Origin: Bryobacterales bacterium
Lineage (GTDB): Bacteria; Acidobacteriota; Terriglobia; Bryobacterales; UBA6623
Length of the DNA stretch: 64,000 nucleotides
Assembly (NCBI GenBank): GCA_963422375.2
Contig: OY729427.2
Location: 768,001 to 832,000 of the forward strand
Reading direction: 5' to 3'
Positions 19,922 through 28,649 of the stretch are shown here, piece by piece (the first letter of the stretch is position 1; each line of letters begins with the position of its first letter). Made by a program: the position numbers and the translations under genes. Under the pieces are notes generated by a model, which had not been told where the DNA came from, ran no database searches, and saw only the letters and a list, made by a program, of their open reading frames with translations.

Positions 19922-21397
19922 ATGGCCAAGCTGAGGGGACCGCGAACTCCGGCCGGGCCGGGCATTGGCTCTCGCCGCGAGTTCCTCGCTGCAAAGGGCA
20001 GCGGTCTCGGAGGCCTTGCGCTCCTCCACCTGATGGCGGTGTCCGGTGCGCTGCCCAACGCATCCTCGGCGGCGCGAAGCCCGCTTGCTGCGAGGCCGCC
20101 CCACCACCGGCCGCGAGCCAAGTCCGTGATCTGGCTCTTCATGGAAGGCGGCCCGAGCCACATCGATCTATTCGACCCGAAGCCCGCCTTGGACAGCCTC
20201 GCCGGGCAAGTCGCGCCGCCTTCGTTCGACCTGCCGGTCACGAGCGCCACGGGTTCGCACCGGATGCCGCTCGTGCCAGCCAGGAGGCAGTGGAAGCGCC
20301 ACGGGCAGAGCGGCCTGTGGGTGTCGGACTGGTATCCGCACGTCGCCGAGCAAGTCGATGACCTCGCCGTGATCCGGTCGTGCTGGGCGGACGGGATCAA
20401 TCATGTCGGCGCCAACCGGCAAATGAACACCGGCTCGATCCTCGCCGGGCGGCCGTCGCTGGGCTCCTGGGCCACGTACGGCCTCGGCACGGCGAACGAG
20501 GAGCTGCCCGCGTTCGTCGTCCTGACCGACAGCAAGATGGTCCGTGGCGGTCCCACGAACTGGGCCGCGGGATTCCTGCCGGCGGCCTACCAAGGCACGC
20601 ACTTTCGCCAGCAGGGACCTCCGATTCTCAACCTCGGCCCCCCGAAGCACATAACGGACAGGCAGCAAAGGAGTCGGCTCGACCTGCTCCTGTCCCTGAA
20701 CCGGCAGCATGCCGACCGGTGGCCGACCGACGACGAGCTGGAGGCTAGAATCGAGTCCTACGAGCTGGCCTACCGGATGCAGCAGGCCGCTCCAGACGCG
20801 GTGGATCTGGGCAAGGAGAGCGCGGCAGTCAGGCGGCTCTACGGGATGGACGAGAACGAGACCGCGAAGTTCGGGGCGAACTGCCTGCTGGCCCGTCGCC
20901 TTGTCGAGCGCGGAGTTCGGTTTGTCGAGGTTTACTGCGGCAGCGGTAGCGGGTGGGACGCACACGCCAAGATGGAGGAGAACCACACGCAGTGGTGCAA
21001 GGTGTCGGACAAGCCGATAGCCGGGCTGCTCGCGGATCTCAGGTCCCGCGGGCTGCTGGGCGAGACTCTAGTCGTCTGGGGCGGCGAGTTCGGAAGGACG
21101 CCGTTCGCCGACACGAATTCCGCCTCCGTCGCGCCGGAGGACTACGGCCGCGACCACAATCCTTGGGGCTTCACGATGTGGATGGCCGGGGCCGGGATCC
21201 GAGGCGGTCGGACGATCGGTTCGACGGACGAGATTGGATTCCGCGCGACCGAGCGGCCCTGCCACGTACATGACATTCACGCGACGATGCTGCACCTCCT
21301 CGGCCTGAACCATTTCGACCTGACCTACCTGCATAACGGTCGCTCCGAGCGCGCGACCATCAACGGCGGGCACCTCATCGAGGAGCTGGTCGCTTGA
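19922..21397 (+). CDS. DUF1501 domain protein (Tat signal)
   Basis: SRREFL, AKSVIWLFMEGGPSHIDLFDPKP, CLLARRLVERGVRFV, WGGEFGRTP, GRDHNP. Confidence 0.93.
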   Translation: MAKLRGPRTPAGPGIGSRREFLAAKGSGLGGLALLHLMAVSGALPNASSAARSPLAARPPHHRPRAKSVIWLFMEGGPSHIDLFDPKPALDSLAGQVAPPSFDLPVTSATGSHRMPLVPARRQWKRHGQSGLWVSDWYPHVAEQVDDLAVIRSCWADGINHVGANRQMNTGSILAGRPSLGSWATYGLGTANEELPAFVVLTDSKMVRGGPTNWAAGFLPAAYQGTHFRQQGPPILNLGPPKHITDRQQRSRLDLLLSLNRQHADRWPTDDELEARIESYELAYRMQQAAPDAVDLGKESAAVRRLYGMDENETAKFGANCLLARRLVERGVRFVEVYCGSGSGWDAHAKMEENHTQWCKVSDKPIAGLLADLRSRGLLGETLVVWGGEFGRTPFADTNSASVAPEDYGRDHNPWGFTMWMAGAGIRGGRTIGSTDEIGFRATERPCHVHDIHATMLHLLGLNHFDLTYLHNGRSERATINGGHLIEELVA

Positions 21398-21677
21398 GAA
21401 CTCTCAAGGAAGGCTCAGGATTATCACCGATTTTCGTTTCGGCGATGCCTCCATGCTCGCTAGGGCGGACGGTGCGACTGCGGGAGCGCTAGGAAAGCGA
21501 GCCCCGTTTGACGAAGGGGCGTCGGGCGCATAGCCGCGATGTGCCGCGTGGCTCGGCGAAGGCTTGGCAGCCGACCCGGGACAGTGCCCCGGTTCTCTCG
21601 TAACCCATTGAGTCCGTAGAAGTTAGCCCACGCGGACCTCGTGTCGGCCCAATTGCCGACCTAGGCGCTAATGCGAA

Positions 21678-22116
21678 GTGAAACTCAGCGTCCGTTCAGC
21701 GGCAATTCGGAGACTAGCCGTGGCCGTCCGCGACCTCCTCCCGGACGGCCACGGCGATGGACCGTCGCCTGCGCCCCCCGCCGCTGCTGCTTGGCAGGGC
21801 ACTGGAGGGAACGCTGATCGCCCAATCGGAAGGGGCGTGGTTCCGATTGGACGCGAGCGGGCCCGCGACGTTCGAGCTGTATTCCGCCGGCATGGACCAA
21901 GCCGTGGGGTCCCTGCTAGACGCGCCGGCGCGTGTCTTAGGCTCCTGCGAGTACCCTCCCGGCACTCTGCAGGGAGACGACGCAGGTCCATTCGTAGCCA
22001 CCCCCGGCAGCGCACCGTCGAGCGGCCTCGAGGCCGCGTCGGACTCGGCGAAACCAGTCTTCGCGCCCCGACGGCATAGAGAAACGTCGTGCTCCCGCAC
22101 GCGGGCTCGGTCCTAG
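21678..22116 (+). pseudogene. Degraded PPC/'DDHGD'-type surface-protein domain fragment
   Basis: PDGHGDGPSPA in one frame continues as PLLLGRALEGTL...AWFRLDASGPATFELYS..VGSLLD in the next frame across the C6 run 21774-21779. Confidence 0.4.
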
Positions 22117-22244
22117 CCGAGGTCAGCATACCCGTCCTCGACGGCGCGCCTCGGGCACGGCCTCCCTCGAATCCGCCGCTCTACTCCGGGCGCCGCCCCC
22201 GGGGCCGGACAGGCCGGCCTCGGTCAGGCCGCCGAGGTAGGTCG

Positions 22245-23114
22245 CTACACGGTGCAGAGCTCGACCGCCTCGCGCAGCGAGGTCATGGGATCACGCACCG
22301 GGATGAACTCGTGCGCGAAGTAGCCTTGGAAGTCCAAGTCGGCGATCGCCTTGGAAATCGCCCTGTAATTGAGCTCCTGCGTGTCGTCGATCTCGTGACG
22401 TCCGGGATTCCCGCCCGTGTGGAAGTGGCCGATGTAGTGGATGTTGTCTCGGATCATGCGAATCACGTCTCCTTCCATGATCTGCATGTGGTAGATGTCG
22501 TACAGCAACTTCATGCGCGGCGACTCGACCCGCTTCATCAGTTCCACGCCCCACGGCGTCCTGTCGCAGTGGTAGTCGCGGTGGTTCACCTTGGAGTTGA
22601 GCAGTTCCATCAGGATCGTGACTTCCGCGTCCTCGGCCTGTGCCTTGATCCGGTTCAGCACGGCCGCCGAGTTCTCCCACGCTTCCTCGTCCGACATCCC
22701 GCCCCGGTTGCCCGAAAAGACGATCAGGCTCGGAACGCCGCTCTTCTTGGCTGCCGCTATCAGTTCCCGGGCGTTCTTCTCGATGCTCGCATGGTTCTCG
22801 ATGCGGTTGGTGCCGTCACGGATGGAGCAGATGCCGTTGCCGACGGCGCATGTCAGGCCGTGCCGCTCCAGCACGGGCCACTGATCCTTGGCCAGCAGCT
22901 CCACCGAGACAATGCCCATGCGGGCGGCGTGCTCGCAGAGTTCCTCCAGCGGCATGTCGCGATAGCACCACTTGCAGACGGACTGATCCAGACGACCGTC
23001 CGCTCGTGCCGTCTCGGCGGCGAGACCTGCCTTCGTAGCGGCCGAGAGAACTCCCAGCGAGGCGGCCGCCTGCAGAGCAGCTCGGCGAGTCGGCGGGATG
23101 GCAGCTTGCGTCAT
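22245..23114 (-). CDS. Hydroxypyruvate isomerase-like (AP endonuclease 2/xylose isomerase TIM barrel) protein, Tat signal
   Basis: TRRAAL signal, MELLNSKVNH.DY, LLYDIYHMQIMEGD, HTGGNPGRHE. Confidence 0.88.
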   Translation of the reverse strand: MTQAAIPPTRRAALQAAASLGVLSAATKAGLAAETARADGRLDQSVCKWCYRDMPLEELCEHAARMGIVSVELLAKDQWPVLERHGLTCAVGNGICSIRDGTNRIENHASIEKNARELIAAAKKSGVPSLIVFSGNRGGMSDEEAWENSAAVLNRIKAQAEDAEVTILMELLNSKVNHRDYHCDRTPWGVELMKRVESPRMKLLYDIYHMQIMEGDVIRMIRDNIHYIGHFHTGGNPGRHEIDDTQELNYRAISKAIADLDFQGYFAHEFIPVRDPMTSLREAVELCTV

Positions 23115-23181
23115 GGCCTTAGGATTCTAGCACCCAGAGGGGCCCCCGGGGACGGAAGAGCACCGGGACCGCGTTCGAAAC

Positions 23182-24072
23182 CTACAGGTCCTTGCCGGTA
23201 AGCGTGACGTACGCCTCTAGGTACTTGTCGGACGTGTTCTGGACGACGTCCGAAGGCAGCCGGGGCCCCGGCGGACGCTTGTCGAAGCCCACCTGCTCCA
23301 AGTAGTCCCGAACGTACTGCTTGTCGAACGACTCCTGGCCCCGCCCGGGCTGGTAGAGGTCGAGGGGCCAGTACCGCGAGGAATCCGGGGTAAGCACCTC
23401 GTCGCCGAGAACGATCTCGCCGTCCAAGGTGCCGAACTCCAGCTTGGTGTCGGCCAGAATCAGACCGCAGGCCAGCCCGTGCTGCGAGGCGCGGTCGTAA
23501 ATCTGCAAGGTCAGGTCGCGCAGCCTGGATGCGGTCTCCCGACCCACGACGCCGCAAGCCCGGTCGAAATCGATGTTCTCGTCGTGCCCGGTGACGGCTT
23601 TCGTCGCGGGCGTGAAGATCGCCCCCGGCAGCTTGCCGCACTCGCGCAAGCCGGGCGGCAGGGCGATCCCGCACACGGAGCCGCCGCGCGTGTAGTCCTT
23701 CCAGCCCGAGCCGACGATGTAGCCTCGGGCCACGCACTCGATCGGAAACATGTCGAGCCGCTTGACTAGCATGGACCGTCCCTCGAGCTGGTCGCGATGC
23801 TTGTGGATCTCCGGTGGGAACTCGGAAACCTCGGCGGTGATGAAGTGCGTGCCCACCAGGTCCTCGAGGAACTCGAACCAGAAGATGGACAGCTTTGTCA
23901 GGACCTCGCCCTTGCGGGGAATCGGCGTGGGGAGCACGACGTCAAATGCCGAGATGCGGTCGGAGGCGACGATCAGCAGGCGGTCGTCGCCTACGGCGTA
24001 GAGGTCGCGCACCTTGCCTCGCGAGAGCAGCGGAAGTTCGGCGATGTTGGATTCGATCAGTGCGTTGGACAT
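23182..24072 (-). CDS. purC: SAICAR synthetase
   Basis: GKVRDLY, SDRISAFD, ADTKLEFG, DEVLTPDSSRYW, FDKQYVRD. Confidence 0.97.
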   Translation of the reverse strand: MSNALIESNIAELPLLSRGKVRDLYAVGDDRLLIVASDRISAFDVVLPTPIPRKGEVLTKLSIFWFEFLEDLVGTHFITAEVSEFPPEIHKHRDQLEGRSMLVKRLDMFPIECVARGYIVGSGWKDYTRGGSVCGIALPPGLRECGKLPGAIFTPATKAVTGHDENIDFDRACGVVGRETASRLRDLTLQIYDRASQHGLACGLILADTKLEFGTLDGEIVLGDEVLTPDSSRYWPLDLYQPGRGQESFDKQYVRDYLEQVGFDKRPPGPRLPSDVVQNTSDKYLEAYVTLTGKDL

Positions 24073-24126
24073 GGGTGGCGTGGACCGCGTCGCGCAGGCG
24101 CGTCTCCGGCGGAATGGAAGCTGGCG

Positions 24127-26472
24127 TCAGGCCCGGGCAATCTCCGACCAGACCGCCGGCGGGCTCATCGGCAGGCGCCGCATGCGGACGCCCGTGGCGT
24201 CATGGACCGCGTTCGCGATCGCAGCGAGGGGCGGGACGATGTTCGCTTCGCCCACGCCCCGCACGCCGAAGGGATGGCCGGGATTGGCGACCTCGACGAT
24301 GCACGTGTCGATCATCGGCAGATCCAGCGAGGTCGGCATGCGGTAGTCCAGCAGCGTGCTGTTCTTCATGGTCCCGTCAGCGCCCATGCAGTACTCCTCG
24401 TTGAGAGACCAGCCGATGCCCTGCACCGACCCGCCCTGCATCTGCCCCTCGACGTAGCTGGGATGCACGGCCTTGCCGACGTCCTGCACGGCCGTGAAGC
24501 GCAGGACGTCGACCTTGCCGGTCTCGGGATCGACCGCGACGTCGGCGATGGCCGCGGCGAACGATCCGCCGACGCCCCGCGGCTTGACCGTCGCCGTCGC
24601 GCTGACGGGCCCGCCCGTACGGCTGCACTGACCCGCCAGTTCCCGGAATCCGGCGCTCCGGCCGTTGGCCGAGTAGACGCCCTTGGAGTGCCGCACTTGG
24701 TCGGGCTCCAAAGACCACAGCTTGGAGGCGCGAGCCTTCATCTCCGACACGATCTTTTGGGCGGCGTCGTGGGCGGCCCAGCCGGTCGCGAAGGTCGTGC
24801 GGCTGCCGCCCGTGACGGACGTGAATCCAACGGAGTCGGTGTCGACCACCTCGGGCAGGATGTCCTCGGCGGGAATGCCGAGGACCTCGGCCGCCTGCAT
24901 CGCGATCGACGTGCGCGTGCCGCCGATATCGGTCGATCCCTCGACCAGATGCACCGTGCCGTTGGCGTTGACGTTCAGCGTGCAGGTCGATTCCAGGCCG
25001 ACGTTGAACCAGAATCCGACGGCGACGCCGCGCCCGCGGTTCGGGCCGCCCAGCGGGGCTCGGTAGTGCGGATGGTCCCGGACGGCTCGGAGGACCTCCT
25101 CGCAGCCGATCCGGCGGAACTTCGGCCCGTCCACCCGGCGGGTCCCCTCCCGAGCTGAGTTGCGCAAGCGGAAATCGACCGGGTCCATACCGACGCGGGC
25201 CGCGACCTCGTCGATCACCTGCTCGGCGGCGAACGCCGCCTGGGGCGCTCCGGGCGCCCGGTACGCGGCGCAACTCGGCTTGTTGACGACCACGTCGAAG
25301 CACTCGACCGACAGGTTCGGGCAGTCGTAGGCCGCGAAGACGCACATGCCGCCCGGCGTGACGAACGATCCCGGGTACGCCCCGGCCTCGTAGGCCAGGG
25401 TCGCCTCCATCGCCCGGATGCGGCCGTCCGCAGAGGCGCCGACCTTCACGCGCACGTGGGAGCCCGCGGTCGGCCCGGTGGACAGGAACACCTCCTCCCG
25501 CGACATGACGATCTTGACGGGGCGCCCGGTCTTCCTCGACAGCAGGGCGGCGACCGGTTCCATGTAGACCGGAATCTTGCCGCCGAACCCCCCTCCGATC
25601 TCCATCGGCGTGACCTTGACGCTCGAGACTGGAATCTCGAGGATCTTGGCCGTCACGTCGCGCACGACGAAGGCTCCCTGCGTGGAGCACCAGATGTGCA
25701 GGCGGCCATCGTGGTTCCACAGCGCCGTCACGTTGTGGGGCTCGATGTAGCCCTGGTGAACAGTCGCCGTGTCGAACACCCTCTCGACGACCGCGTCGGA
25801 AGCCGCGAAGCCGGCCTCGACGTCGCCGAGGCGCCAAGCGAAGTGCTCGGCGACATTGGAAGGCTGGTCCGTCTTCTCCCCGAACTCCTGCTTGAAGAGG
25901 TCCGCGTGCAGCAGTTCCGCCTCCTCGCGCATCGCGTCGGGCGCCGTCATGGAGCTCGGCAGGAGCTCGTACTCGACGTCGATCGCTCTCGCCGCCTCCA
26001 AGGCCGCGTGCGGACTGGAGGCCGCGACCGCGGCCACGGCGTGGCCTTGGTAAAGCACCTTGTCCCGGGCCAGGATGTTGCCGTGGACGTAGGCGAGCTT
26101 GGTCTCGCCTTCCCCGACGTCGACGAGCTTGTCCTCCGCCGGCGGCAGGTCGGCGGCCGTGACCACCGCGAAGACCCCGTCCATGCCCTCCGCCCTGCTG
26201 GTGTCGACAGACTGGATCCTGGCGTGCGCGTGCGGGCTACGCAGAATCGCTCCGTGCAGCGTTCCGGACAGGTGGACGTCGGCCCCGTACAGAGCCCGGC
26301 CGGTCACCTTGTCCGCGCCGTCGTGGCGCACGGGCCGCGTGCCGACGACGTCGAAGGTCGCGGAGGCAAGCACCATATTGGGCTCGTAGCCGCCGACGCC
26401 CGGCCCTCCGTTGCCGGACGACTCGCGCCGCGGGGCCGCGGCGCGGGCGGGATCGACGGTAAAGGTGCTCAT
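24127..26472 (-). CDS. Xanthine dehydrogenase family molybdopterin-binding subunit
   Basis: DKVTGRALY, HQGYIEPH, IGGGFGGK, AYRAPG, GQMQGG, GVGE; ATG 26472 overlaps the Fe-S subunit stop. Confidence 0.93.
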   Translation of the reverse strand: MSTFTVDPARAAAPRRESSGNGGPGVGGYEPNMVLASATFDVVGTRPVRHDGADKVTGRALYGADVHLSGTLHGAILRSPHAHARIQSVDTSRAEGMDGVFAVVTAADLPPAEDKLVDVGEGETKLAYVHGNILARDKVLYQGHAVAAVAASSPHAALEAARAIDVEYELLPSSMTAPDAMREEAELLHADLFKQEFGEKTDQPSNVAEHFAWRLGDVEAGFAASDAVVERVFDTATVHQGYIEPHNVTALWNHDGRLHIWCSTQGAFVVRDVTAKILEIPVSSVKVTPMEIGGGFGGKIPVYMEPVAALLSRKTGRPVKIVMSREEVFLSTGPTAGSHVRVKVGASADGRIRAMEATLAYEAGAYPGSFVTPGGMCVFAAYDCPNLSVECFDVVVNKPSCAAYRAPGAPQAAFAAEQVIDEVAARVGMDPVDFRLRNSAREGTRRVDGPKFRRIGCEEVLRAVRDHPHYRAPLGGPNRGRGVAVGFWFNVGLESTCTLNVNANGTVHLVEGSTDIGGTRTSIAMQAAEVLGIPAEDILPEVVDTDSVGFTSVTGGSRTTFATGWAAHDAAQKIVSEMKARASKLWSLEPDQVRHSKGVYSANGRSAGFRELAGQCSRTGGPVSATATVKPRGVGGSFAAAIADVAVDPETGKVDVLRFTAVQDVGKAVHPSYVEGQMQGGSVQGIGWSLNEEYCMGADGTMKNSTLLDYRMPTSLDLPMIDTCIVEVANPGHPFGVRGVGEANIVPPLAAIANAVHDATGVRMRRLPMSPPAVWSEIARA

Positions 26473-26954
26473 GATGCGGACTCCTGCTGCTGAATGCGTG
26501 CCGCCGCCTGGACCGAGCGCACGATCTTGTCGTACCCGGTGCAGCGGCACAGGTTGTTGGCGAGCCAGAGGCGGATCTCGTCCTCGCTCGGGTCGGGATT
26601 GCGGTCGAGCAGCGCCTTGGCCGCCACGATGAAGCCAGGCGTGCAGACGCCGCACTGCAGGGCCGCGCCCTCGAGGAAGGCGCGCTGCACCTCGTGCAGG
26701 GCGCTTCCCTGCGCGACGCCCTCGATCGTAAGGATTTCCGCGCCCTCGGCCTCGACGCCGAGCACCAGGCAGGCCGGCACGATCCGGCCGTCCATCTCCA
26801 CCGTGCAGGCGCCGCAGTTGCCGTCGTTGCAGCCCTCCTTGGTCCCGGTGAGGCGCAGGACGTCGCGCAGGACCTCGAGGAGCGACTGGCGCGGCTCGCA
26901 CAGGAACTCCGCCGGCTGGCCGTTAATGGTGGTTTCTACGTGAGCTGATCGCAT
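26469..26954 (-). CDS. [2Fe-2S] subunit of molybdenum hydroxylase (CoxS/XdhC-like)
   Basis: GTKEGCNDGNCGACTV, QCGVCTPG, NLCRCTGY. Confidence 0.96.
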   Translation of the reverse strand: MRSAHVETTINGQPAEFLCEPRQSLLEVLRDVLRLTGTKEGCNDGNCGACTVEMDGRIVPACLVLGVEAEGAEILTIEGVAQGSALHEVQRAFLEGAALQCGVCTPGFIVAAKALLDRNPDPSEDEIRLWLANNLCRCTGYDKIVRSVQAAARIQQQESAS

Positions 26955-26973
26955 GGCCTTGCGTCCCCTGATC

Positions 26974-27849
26974 CTAGGCGAGCGAAACGCCCGCCCGCTC
27001 GACGGCCCTCTCCAGAGCGCGGCGGGTGAGGACCTCGCACAAGTTGCGCCGGTACTCGGCAGTGCCCCGCATATCGGAGATGGGACGCGCGGCCGCCTTG
27101 GCCGCGGCGGCGGCGCGCGCCAGCGCGGCCCGCCCCACGGGCTCCCCGCGAAGGGCCGCGCCGGCCGCCTTCACGAACAGGGGCGTGGGCGCGACCGAGG
27201 CCAGCGCGACGCGGCCGTCCGCGAATCGGCCGTTCGCCACGGTCACGGCCACGCCGGCCCCGGCCACGGCGATGTCCATCTCGTTCCGGGGGATGAACCG
27301 CAGGTAGCAGGCCCCCGAGCCCTCGGGGGGCGGGGGCAGCCGCAGCGAGACCAGCACCTCGCTCGCGCCGAGAACGCTCCGCCCGGGGCCCGTGCAGAAC
27401 TGCTCGACCGGCACCTCGCGCTCGCCCGCGGCCGAGGCGATGCGGCAGGCGGCCCGGAGCGCGATCAGGGCGGGCACGGCGTCCGCGCTGGGAGCGGCGT
27501 TGCAGAGGTTCCCGCCGACCGAGGCGCGCCCTTGGATCTGAGTGCCGCCGATCATTGACACGGTGTCGATCAGGCCGGGGTACAGCCGACAGACCGTCTC
27601 GCTGCCGTAGATGCGATAGCACGGTACGGCCGCGCCGAGGGTGAGCCCGGCATCGCGGTCGTAGCGCAGCTCGTTCAGCTCGGGAACGGCCTTCACATCC
27701 ACCACGACGCCGTTCGTGCGGCGGCCCGTGCGCATCTGGACCAGCAGGTCCGTCCCGCCCGCGAGCGCCCGGGCGTCGGAGCCGTGCTCTGCGAAGGCCC
27801 GCAGGCACTCGTCCAGCGTGCGCGGGCGCGCATAGTCAATCCAGTGCAA
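26974..27849 (-). CDS. FAD-binding subunit of molybdenum hydroxylase (CoxM-like)
   Basis: LAGGTDLL, ASVGGNLCNAAPSAD, PISDMRGTAEYR; TTG start inferred; TATAAT on minus strand at 27916-27921. Confidence 0.93.
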   Translation of the reverse strand: MHWIDYARPRTLDECLRAFAEHGSDARALAGGTDLLVQMRTGRRTNGVVVDVKAVPELNELRYDRDAGLTLGAAVPCYRIYGSETVCRLYPGLIDTVSMIGGTQIQGRASVGGNLCNAAPSADAVPALIALRAACRIASAAGEREVPVEQFCTGPGRSVLGASEVLVSLRLPPPPEGSGACYLRFIPRNEMDIAVAGAGVAVTVANGRFADGRVALASVAPTPLFVKAAGAALRGEPVGRAALARAAAAAKAAARPISDMRGTAEYRRNLCEVLTRRALERAVERAGVSLA

Positions 27850-27981
27850 GAGCCAGCATCCTCCTTCGGTCCGGCCGCGCCCCGATGCCGAGGGGCGCGG
27901 CCGGACCGAACTCCCATTATAGGAAGGACGATCCTCCGCTCGGATCCGGCCCCCGGTGCGCGAGAATGTGCCTCCGGCCGG

Positions 27982-28010
27982 TTGACAAGCCGCCATCCAG
28001 GGCTGACAAT
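27982..28010 (+). promoter_or_regulatory. Sigma70-like promoter TTGACA-N17-GACAAT for the ECF sigma operon
   Basis: Perfect -35, 17-nt spacer, 4/6 match to TATAAT. Confidence 0.65.
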
Positions 28011-28094
28011 CGGATTGGAAGCGACCTTGCCGTAAGAATCCCTCGCTCAATCGTCTTGGGATTGGACGGCATCGGACGCTTAGTAGGGTGTTCT

Positions 28095-28649
28095 GTGCCC
28101 GAGCTCCGTCAGCCTGACGCGATTCAGCGGGCCGCATGGGAGACCGAGCAGCTTTTCAGCGAGCATTCCTCGAACCTAGCGCGCTACCTCTGCAGCGGCG
28201 TGCGCAGCGTGACGGATATCGAGGACATCGTTCAGGAGACGTTCGTTCGCTACTTCCAGGCACGGTGCAACGGTACGGAGATCGGCAACGCGAAGGGCTG
28301 GCTCTATCGCGTGGGCCGGCACTTGGTCCTGGACCATGCGAAGAAGTCCAAGCCGGTGCTGCTCGACGACGCGGGCTGGCGGGCTGTCGAGGCCGACCAG
28401 GCGCGCATCGCACCCGACACGGCGGGCGACCGCGCGGCCGGCCTGCCGTGGCACTTGCTCAGCGACACGGAAAGAGAGTGCCTGCTGCTGCGAGCGGAAG
28501 GGTTGAAGTTCCGGGAAATAGCGGAAGTGCTGGACGTTTCGATTTCGACGGTCGCGAGCTACGTGGCTCGCGCCATCAAGAAGCTCCGGTCGGCGGTTAC
28601 GAGGCCCAGTGAGACACCTGACCACAGAAGAGCTGCTCCTTTACGCTGA
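28095..28649 (+). CDS. ECF RNA polymerase sigma factor
   Basis: Region 2 EDIVQETFVRY..KGWLYRVGRHLVLD; region 4 LSDTERECLLLRAEGLKFREIAEVLDVSISTV; start approximate. Confidence 0.92.
   Translation: MPELRQPDAIQRAAWETEQLFSEHSSNLARYLCSGVRSVTDIEDIVQETFVRYFQARCNGTEIGNAKGWLYRVGRHLVLDHAKKSKPVLLDDAGWRAVEADQARIAPDTAGDRAAGLPWHLLSDTERECLLLRAEGLKFREIAEVLDVSISTVASYVARAIKKLRSAVTRPSETPDHRRAAPLR

Noticed and set aside
21640..21660. Sigma54 promoter (GG...TTGC)
   Set aside because: GG-to-GC spacing is 7 nt rather than the required 10
24127..27849. Aerobic CO dehydrogenase coxMSL
   Set aside because: The active-site loop AYRAPG matches neither CoxL form, and no cox accessory genes are present
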